From IMG/VR virus record IMGVR_UViG_3300032224_001028, positions 1-63,816 of that record: a stretch of DNA of 63,816 nt. One strand, written 5' to 3'. This DNA is from a virus. Taxonomy: Duplodnaviria > Caudoviricetes. The notes beneath the pieces were generated by a model, which saw only the letters and a list, made by a program, of their open reading frames with translations, made no database searches and had not been told where the DNA came from. Below, in pieces: positions 60,701 through 63,816 of the stretch (within the stretch, counting starts at the first letter, position 1; every line of letters begins with the position of its first letter). Position numbers and translations under genes: made by a program.

Positions 60701-63700
60701 ATCAAAGAGAAGCTGATCAAAAAGGGAGTAAAGCCTGAAGAGATTGCAATTATTAACGATTTCAAGACCGATCAAGCAAAAGAGCAGTTATTCGAGAGGG
60801 TGAACAACGGAACTGTTCGTATCATTATCGGATCGACACAAAAGCTGGGAACTGGCGTGAATATGCAAGGCCGGATGATTGCCGGACATAACTTGGACGT
60901 GCCTTGGACTCCGGCAGAGATGGAGCAACGGGACGGGCGGGTAATCCGTCAGGGCAACATTCACTCAGAGCTTGGCATACCGGTCGAGATCTACCGGTAC
61001 GGTATGAAGGATACGTTGGATTCGGCCCTTTGGCAGAAGCTAGAGTTTAAGGAAAGATTCATTAAACAGGCATTGAGTGGCAAGATTAGCGGTCGTGTCA
61101 TTGAGGATGATTCGGGGCTACTCAGCCTAGCAGAGCAAAAGGCGATCTTGTCCGGCCCGATGGGGCTTGAGAAGTTTAACACCGAGACAAAGATCCGTGA
61201 GCTAGAAAATCAGGAACGGGCATGGGTGCAATCATCGTTCGATGCGATTCAGGCCGGCAAGACTGCCGAGCTTCAGGTTAAGGCATACGAAAACAGGCTT
61301 AACCAGACAAGGGAGTTCCTAAGCGAAGTATCAAACTGGACGCCTGAGCCTACGGCCATGATTGAAGGCGTAGCATTAACGAAAGAAAACGACATCCGTG
61401 ACGCTATTCAGGAGTACTTTGATAAGCGCAGAGATCAGGCCATCCAAACCGGAAAATCGTTCCGAGCATCAGTAGAAGCAAAGAAGCCTTTGGGAGAATT
61501 TACATACAATGGAACAAAAATAACTCTTTCGCCAGCTTCAGTAGATGAAGTGCTAGGTGAACCGGATCCCAAGAAAGCCATTAAGGTAGAAACCGGCGTC
61601 ATGGTCAATGGCCGTGACTTGGGTGCAAAGGTAAAGAGCGCAGGATACGTCGTGAGCGCATTAAGGGATCTCGTTAAGAACCTTAAGAGTTATGAGCAAC
61701 AGTTTATCAACGGCATGGGATCGGCCCAAGAAACGGCAGATTCAGCGACAATCGCATCCTCCAAGGCATTCCCAAGGAAGGAAGAGCTAGATGGTCTTAG
61801 AGCTAAATACGCTAAGATCATGGAGGATTACACGGACAAGGGTAAGACAAATAGGGTTGAAGCAGAGCAAATGCAGTTAAACGCTCCCGCCCTTACGCCA
61901 AGCAAGGCAAGCCTACTCTCCAAAGATGCTATGAACCTGATCGAGCCTATTGCTAGGTCGTTCGTTTCCCCGCAGACATCGCTAGACGAGGCTATTCAGA
62001 TTGGCCGGATCGCACTCATCAAAGCAGTGCAGGGATTCGATCCGAATGCCGGTGATTTTGATAAATACGCAAAGGCAGTAGTTCGGAACGCACTTAAAAA
62101 GAACTACTCAAGGAACGAGGCGTCGGCCCGTGAGATCTCCATGAGATCCATGAACATTGACTCTCCGGTGTCCGGAGAAAGCACGGCCCCGCTGGGTAGC
62201 ATCATTCCGGACGAAAACCAGAGCTTGCCGTCGCAGTCGGCGATTACAAACGACGCACAGAGGCTCATGCAAACCATGATTGACGGACTACCGGTGCGCC
62301 CACGGACGGTTGTATCGGCATACATGAACGGGGAAGGGGTTGCCCAAATCGCAGAAAAGATGGGCATTTCCCGCCAATACGCTTTGACGATGCTCAACAA
62401 TGCTCTCTCAGTACTCCGGAAAAGGTTGGCAAAGGTCGGGATCGAGGAAACCAAGGATCTCATCTCCGGATCCACACGGGAGATTATATCCAGACTGAAC
62501 GCACCGTTAAGAGCAATCACAACGGAAGAGGAGAAGGCTCAGGCCGAGTATCTCACCGAATTGGCCCAAAGCAGAGGATTGACGTTGGATCAGTTTGCCA
62601 CGGAAAGAATCGATGAGTTCCTAGATAGCGCAAAGGCATGGAGACAGGCGCATCCTATTCAAGATGATGACATGCAAGTACTTGGGGCTTCAAATAGGCG
62701 CATCAAATCAAAGTTCCTCACGCCAGTCAGCAAGAGATATGAGGCAGAACAGTTTGAACTAGCATTCGTTAAATCAATGGTAGAGGTGGCAGACAAAGAC
62801 CAAGCCGGAAAGCAGGACATGTCAGAAGAAGGCAAAGCATATCTAATCGATGTCCTTGCCGAGTATCTAGCGTCGAAAACGTCTTTGGATGAAGTGGCAA
62901 AGGGGCAGATCCAGACAGATAAAAGCTTAGATAAATACCCCGATCTCAAGTGGTCTTTTCAGAAGTTTGGTAAAATTGCAGATAAAAACTCTGCGTTTTA
63001 TGATCTCAGTCAGGAGAACAACAAGAAAATATGGGAAGCATATAAACTGCTTGAACAGAACGAAAATAACTCAGTAATCGCATTCGAAAACGACCAAGGC
63101 GACAAACTTCTAGTATCTAAAGCAATAATCAATCCTGAAGATAATGTCGGAATAAATGACTACAACTATAAAGAAGTTCCACTCACAGATTTCAGAAACA
63201 CCGCATACCGACTTACAAAATACACAAGCAGTTTTGGAATACTCGGTGCAATTACAAACCCAACGACAGTAATTACCCCCGAAGGAGACAGCATTACACC
63301 GGCTTGGCATTCATTCTTTCCAAATAAAACTCAGGCAGTGATGAGTGCGATGGGCATAAAGAACCCGCAAAGGGAGACGTACGACGATTACAAGCCTATG
63401 GAATCCTTATTCTCTCCCAGTCGGAATCCAGACATGGATGCAGTTGAGGAGTACATGGACTATCTAGGTAAAGAGTTGCCTGAAACGAATGAGCTAATCA
63501 ACAAGGCAGATAACGAACGTAACAGATTCAAAATCACAGGAAACCCAACGCTAGCCAACCCCGCTAAGGGCATGGGGCGCAACCTAGTGAATGCAGTGGA
63601 TGAGGCTCGAAAAGACATACTGCAACGCCGGCCAGACGTTATCGTGATGGCCGAGGCCCGTGCGCTACTCGCAAATGACGAGGAAGGCGTAAAGCGCATG

Positions 63701-63816
63701 TTGCTCGAAAGGGCAGTGGATCCATCCCAAGCCGGACTGCCTACCGACGTAGAGGTGCGATCCGCCAAGTTGCTTGTCGAAAAGCTGGCACGTAGGGCCA
63801 TGACTTCGGGCGACGA
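48791..63816 (+). CDS. Giant polyvalent protein (~5,919 aa including 1..2857), N-terminal and central part
   Basis: ATG at 48791; the ORF track reports no ORF in this frame, so no stop occurs before the window end; hand translation gives several coherent domains; frame continues into 5..2857. Confidence 0.9.
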   Translation, partial: MSLENIFDDSKGASRLPDSKSVGIDPVKLEDVNFDPKEADPVEPTGSAMAYASPVNPNPSGIDFRFIRDPYARKNFKGEIDYANKADQFNSRIESAQAQLKAREERAKQVAELKAQKQQEADFKKGMNSEKEGQYRKAGQKFYTDAFGDVQPQVNEENKPMFEPTPWKIQKGLDGRNVKTRRNEFGQIETEDPDKEAPIAESKIKPNQLFRKNKLSEDQFVGTVDEGLTSGDETIRGVAEQAREKQNDNLLKETRNSFVRQELKVKADLDDHKLQMAQLAKASQENDMLPDSPEKLAKKAEIDKAIEDGAKKAQTISESLLEAKAQREDFEASQSLSAWSNAERARLDFLRSDRGAEYLKRKGIDSPEKDQVLIDIRNKLNEQGRKTLEQSQKKTEDRTQLVGNMMIDGGAQPESSKKSPALPMQDTATLREADDKYEKRVNEAKTVANEIGTKENEKVRALYSNLNASADAVTSIDNQLKGLQDRMTELKAMTGGKMTPEVAGRINALAQQAENLNKQRQGHVAKYEESKSIFDKEVGTFDEKGGFKSIGTRMGAMFDAQRSLEIEANKAGQERNSAYESLQAKIEQQAKIKQDTFKTVVMPKIDSAVRSMDDKAFEASMKEATDLGMDKEVSESLRMYYQQAKKKYNGSDTDFWDMDVFNLMLRSSPAMGMRMIGALADIVAGENDPRTWYVFGETHEQRQARLTSFGGVGAETLSPDVKAGSVSMGMGDGAREVSFGELLREAEKAKTGKYDKNAVPDPFNQVMIGGRTYDIGTTNYFVNSLRMASEYLRKEAKNLEEALPVSEQFLSTDVGQFAKGLAELPAQIGPAFIPFVGPALMGGTVSAGMYDEYMQDAEQTAIKNGTEFDRLSAHQGALNYVAKGAPAEIVSNLLEIKLFKLFKPLLNKITTKALAEALGGTAISGLLGGGTEGYQQYMLNRTKKYFDNMPNVELTDDVWQSFKIGGAVEMFIPAMVALAQSAQSQNKRSTDVRKMMEDFGKAKEESLNALPVGQRVTNPDLSEYTPKEISKQETRLNSIDTRIASIELELPKAKGDRKRDLLNEGAQLYAQRNQIIPTVTVGAEMQNQIQEELSRFPAQTVTDEKGKVVSEAKLGPVRALAKYASGAELSFDEMAEELPDGSPVFGKDKNGAVVVSQRAIDQYRNTASTISALAQGRSVLNARSMLEEKQDQQKAKTTSVVAKDRKEESGNLFRVRVTDTATMQDREVDVRSESPERARLTIAGSPKDYGFDGGIRVGEAIPVGAGDNKQGANVGKATTMPQNAFRRPITGKERTSLVRSILDAPPERRKALQKISESVGGLVENYKSMFDSVDFTAQDNISGGVQIRFSPDGKTRKLAISLTGLQRELQGAENPDQVLLGKFVEEVTHSVGVQVVSREESQNISKTMSPKLRRAFVDSYYASEKSAGKQGKISSDSAFSGELTDLEHYEIGQEFIRAIVQKDERVLGFMTEEAQTNPEFLPYFINALKKILDAITSGTYKMDAPLANEAKERIISMMDKLGALNKISADRAKIGYGNSAKTTDTATVQGVPATGLPTSVPQNRSGVGTGSVSQTNEGGTTGASGLAGSPAISTQGRSYNVATPKNTMSVPVQGKLVELGDLKSSAGTNLQPRDRTRAGNREQELKIARNPNHAMWARPASTSDTGLTIVGKDGRIYSGHGRTNAKNLVYQMAETPSADQALGQKNAQGLRDEIKNTMRQMGEPESEIAKVDTMKRPDYVGVYQGDENPSKIRQFVRDSNIEGMSVAEQASYDALEFIDNPKLISNLRAGSNGEILLKRNDKVLSDFYNAIGSPRELRKKDGSWSKAMESRVMGALMALNFGQNSDTLITTLTEDAENLGLIGLRAGLVQAGPDLAILGDGELDIKPTLTRAVEEFVKYKENDGKMEDFLSQGRLQGIESEASQETEFMMRTIAENPTGRAIGDFLRTYAVSAVAMKRERQAYGGGMFPETEVPLNVMDVLKMATSIVSKGDSTQTLSSPARNTAETLAGKLSAFLDLSKNPQKQKIAQYVANYHKNGLYGLINKMLEPVPSGASLPPQAYQFEERLEKILSVGDPAIDITLPDGNKVKLDGVGASKVLAGFLEGVSKQQDNFRELIGKVTAGRDWVALVASPKKMKRLAEKIIFEKKGIVADDAKDILRATIAVNTLDEMDEAIAEIQKYARVTQDKKNLYLDTENTGYAHRLILIQWDGLNWEAEVQINLPEMLLAKDIGHRFYEKIRSLEALATTLRNNEEVLAIERQIEELKEKVNQVWRGARDLITKRLNASKDLTRGASNVETSGNRVSGISSQRQALTPSTATGVSSTSNSSVFGSEINSSRSGALDASSGVVGMTTINSQKYAVPQPESIVYANVEDFRGTVDSSRLANVPENEASLGTIFNTKASGSFVVKLDKLISPVNELNDEGFVAGKKADPRQTAINRMVSNLDGETFTPREPIDLADNGDGTYTIIDGNATAQGLMLAGWQNAVGVVKEFALSAPRRNTQDANQLSLFDETGSASVLSNSKQGGIESGEQYGQPRTRQSTGESAQTQDGLRGSDELFGEYANGSTQPTSQESGTPREVYSREVSGNGMDSVGQRGGVEPTGGTRSGDGVQSGTQDANTIDGESGRVVSNQDGARENLPVRSKPTVERPAEGSPDRNHEIAPEDILAPRGDVTRLKTNISVIKLLKQLESEDRNATTEEKKILAQYVGWGGLSQALDEDKAERASDMDFQRRYMDEETIKSIENWNKKYGKYYTEVKDLLSEDEFRSAKASTTNAHYTSPQVIKYMWDAVRKLGFDGGTVLEPAGGVGHFFGLMPKDMADASYTKAVELDSLSGRIMRKLYPETDVQITGFQDAEIPDNSIDLAISNVPFANVAIYDAGLEAQGAPKLSLHNYFFAKALEKVRPSGVIAFITTSNTLDANVAQRKWIADHGELIGAVRLPNTAFSENANTEVTTDIIFMRKPDGKMPSFSPESFKSTKEVPLENGGTVKINEYFASNPDMILGRLANDGSMYGGKEEMTVHPFQDGRTLESVLSQSLEKLSGDVMGQSKPVNMDAVRSEEAMRGKKVGTLAMLEDGKLGIAGVENSDEEILSPKNRPIAMGFMQVRDALNELYRMEMDPESQDAEIEDQRKALNVAYDNFVARNGSFHANSKLLDFDPDYYRIIGAENEVKSDSKAENVKKFLTRKKNYTKGDIFTKRILTPRQEPTSASSVEDAMGISLGWKGTLDTDYIAGLVGKSKEEVEKDILGKGIGFRDPSTGLVSTKEEYLSGNVRKKLKIAEEKAKKDNSYEANIEALKKVQPVDVPFSDISMNLGANWIPTDIISDFGRSILKTRVTVTYSKGVGDVSSDRYTVTYGSDGKGARSMADLPSEATSIYGTDRMSGVRLLEMALNMQTPMVFDTIDEKKVLNAGETEKAKLAMEKIKESFAQYASSKPEVSEELAKQYNEKRNSHALRQYDGQFLTFPWLAKGYDLYPDKKNVVWRAIQDGKMLIAHGVGGGKTVIGTALTMELRRLGLAKKPMIVVHNATLEQFAGTIGRMAPTSRVLVARKKDFEKSKRKEFVAKIASGDWDAVVMAHSTFNQIKDDPEYVKKITYELIDELRDAITQTMSESNEVSRYGRISKKKDPSVKEKEKQIKRLEERLKRVQERKVDDVLTFQELGVDAIILDEAHIYKKMPFVTKLKNIAGIDNSPTESGTSLLTKARFIQEKNKGRNIFTMTGTPVTNTLGEVWNQVRLIDPELLAEFGSSSFDSFVSTFAEVERSAELRANGKYKSIQRLSKLANLPEWNKMFRTRADVKMGGDMVVKNRPEIKDGKPDLIAVEATPQVIEYKKIIDRIIDDFDSMDGREKKENSHIPLVTYNACKLASIDMRLVDDKAKDEAGSKSNTMIEKVFELYKRTNDYNGTQVIFSDRYRPMKTESLSFNGLDSGVETDDSEDSGMDLISGAKEEEKEEREAESMGGFNLYTDIKEKLIKKGVKPEEIAIINDFKTDQAKEQLFERVNNGTVRIIIGSTQKLGTGVNMQGRMIAGHNLDVPWTPAEMEQRDGRVIRQGNIHSELGIPVEIYRYGMKDTLDSALWQKLEFKERFIKQALSGKISGRVIEDDSGLLSLAEQKAILSGPMGLEKFNTETKIRELENQERAWVQSSFDAIQAGKTAELQVKAYENRLNQTREFLSEVSNWTPEPTAMIEGVALTKENDIRDAIQEYFDKRRDQAIQTGKSFRASVEAKKPLGEFTYNGTKITLSPASVDEVLGEPDPKKAIKVETGVMVNGRDLGAKVKSAGYVVSALRDLVKNLKSYEQQFINGMGSAQETADSATIASSKAFPRKEELDGLRAKYAKIMEDYTDKGKTNRVEAEQMQLNAPALTPSKASLLSKDAMNLIEPIARSFVSPQTSLDEAIQIGRIALIKAVQGFDPNAGDFDKYAKAVVRNALKKNYSRNEASAREISMRSMNIDSPVSGESTAPLGSIIPDENQSLPSQSAITNDAQRLMQTMIDGLPVRPRTVVSAYMNGEGVAQIAEKMGISRQYALTMLNNALSVLRKRLAKVGIEETKDLISGSTREIISRLNAPLRAITTEEEKAQAEYLTELAQSRGLTLDQFATERIDEFLDSAKAWRQAHPIQDDDMQVLGASNRRIKSKFLTPVSKRYEAEQFELAFVKSMVEVADKDQAGKQDMSEEGKAYLIDVLAEYLASKTSLDEVAKGQIQTDKSLDKYPDLKWSFQKFGKIADKNSAFYDLSQENNKKIWEAYKLLEQNENNSVIAFENDQGDKLLVSKAIINPEDNVGINDYNYKEVPLTDFRNTAYRLTKYTSSFGILGAITNPTTVITPEGDSITPAWHSFFPNKTQAVMSAMGIKNPQRETYDDYKPMESLFSPSRNPDMDAVEEYMDYLGKELPETNELINKADNERNRFKITGNPTLANPAKGMGRNLVNAVDEARKDILQRRPDVIVMAEARALLANDEEGVKRMLLERAVDPSQAGLPTDVEVRSAKLLVEKLARRAMTSGD
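52700..53370 (+). other. Domain: zincin-like metallopeptidase variant
   Basis: FVEEVTHSV (EExxH) at ~52940 and a downstream GQEFIRAIVQ helix. Confidence 0.45.
53406..53594 (+). CDS. Candidate overprinted gene (+1 frame) in giant-ORF linker
   Basis: CTGCGG-N16-CTATGGAAACA-GTG; host frame is a T/G/S linker here. Confidence 0.45.
   Translation: MPRQPTLQPFKGFPPQDYLLLFLRIEVELELDQLAKRMREEPPEQVGWQDLPLFQHKDVATM
53580..54700 (+). other. Domain: DdrB-like ParB
   Basis: LQPRDRTR...Q...IA...TSDTG..IVGKDG..YSGHGRT. Confidence 0.75.
55100..55620 (+). other. Domain: RelA/SpoT nucleotidyltransferase (toxSAS-like)
   Basis: KKMKRLAEK, KDILRATI, TGYAH, EVQI and AKDIGHRFYEKIR motifs. Confidence 0.8.
55600..55845 (-). 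CDS. Candidate antisense-overprinted gene (81 aa), possible antitoxin
   Basis: MPTTPDEASKAPDLEELISDPKTELFDVDDTPVAV...; TTGCGG-N17-TATTGA upstream; sense frame is an S/T-rich linker. Confidence 0.6.
   Translation of the reverse strand: MPTTPDEASKAPDLEELISDPKTELFDVDDTPVAVLGVRAWRCDDIPLTRFPLVSTFEAPRVRSLDAFKRLVIKSRAPRQT
55900..56275 (+). other. Domain: ParB/sulfiredoxin-like
   Basis: PREPIDLADNGDGTYTIIDGNAT. Confidence 0.65.
56382..56738 (+). CDS. Candidate overprinted gene (+1 frame; GTG 56382 or ATG 56394)
   Basis: TGTTGTCA-N17-TATTGAA promoter motif; GGAG RBS; helical acidic product. Confidence 0.65.
   Translation: MENNMDNQEQDNQPENPPKLRTDYEGAMSFLANTPTDQLNQLAKNPALLEKFILERYPETEWIQSDNEAESSQQAELDQETVYKAERKMLILSTENPEEWSVIKTVLEKICPFDLNLP
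56760..57930 (+). other. Domain: DarB-like N6-adenine DNA methyltransferase
   Basis: YVGWGG, NAHYT, VLEPAGGVG (57203), VELD and ISNVPF (57398) motifs. Confidence 0.9.
58000..61250 (+). other. Domain: DarB-like SNF2/SF2 helicase
   Basis: AHGVGGGKT (~59280), DEAH (59801), TGTPVTN, GTGVNMQ and EQRDGRVIRQGN motifs. Confidence 0.9.
61889..62460 (+). other. Domain: sigma-70-family factor (regions 2 and 4)
   Basis: LIEPIARSF..SLDEAIQIGRIALIKAVQGFDP..FDKYA...VRNAL; LPVRPRTVV...GEGVAQIAEKMGISRQY....NNALSVLRKRL. Confidence 0.85.
63694..63816. repeat. Terminal direct repeat (assembly overlap), copy 2
   Basis: Identical to 1-123. Confidence 0.97.

Noticed and set aside
48800-63800. Most short ORF-track calls in this region (e.g. 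54316-54603, 62104-62520, 63460-63801), or a recoded genetic code
   Set aside because: They are S/F/L-rich shadow frames of the giant gene with no promoter or RBS; the standard code already gives one open frame
63694-63816. Biological direct terminal repeat
   Set aside because: It falls mid-gene and preserves the frame; best explained as assembler overlap of a circular contig

Overview
The window is a complete, circularly assembled genome of a temperate tailed phage. Unit length is 63,693 bp, because bases 1-123 repeat exactly at 63694-63816. The morphogenesis module looks podovirus-like: portal, scaffold, N4-gp56-type major capsid protein, two adaptor-like proteins and a tail fibre, with no recognisable tape measure or sheath. 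Other modules are lysis, an XRE repressor, a divergent cluster of small early genes, a tyrosine integrase with a tRNA-Ser-like attP, RecT/Cas4-like recombination, initiator plus DnaC-like replication, and terminase. The ORF track misses the largest gene, a ~5,919-aa polyvalent protein that starts at 48791, crosses the junction and ends at 2857. Its domains, in order, are zincin-like, DdrB-ParB, RelA/SpoT synthetase, ParB/Srx, DarB-like MTase plus SNF2 helicase, a full sigma-70-like domain and an LPD38-like C-terminus. A recurring L-x-[AS]-[PS] motif separates these domains, and three candidate small genes are overprinted in its linkers, each behind a copy of the early promoter motif. Other highlights are two adjacent tail-region genes with length-matched (ENRN)n and (TSTG)n tracts that suggest a very long two-chain beta-ribbon or tube, a family of leaderless-GTG promoters, and an apparent genome-wide absence of Ala-Ala and Pro-Gly dipeptides (GCNGC/CCNGG avoidance). 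All calls come from manual motif reading; no database searches were run.
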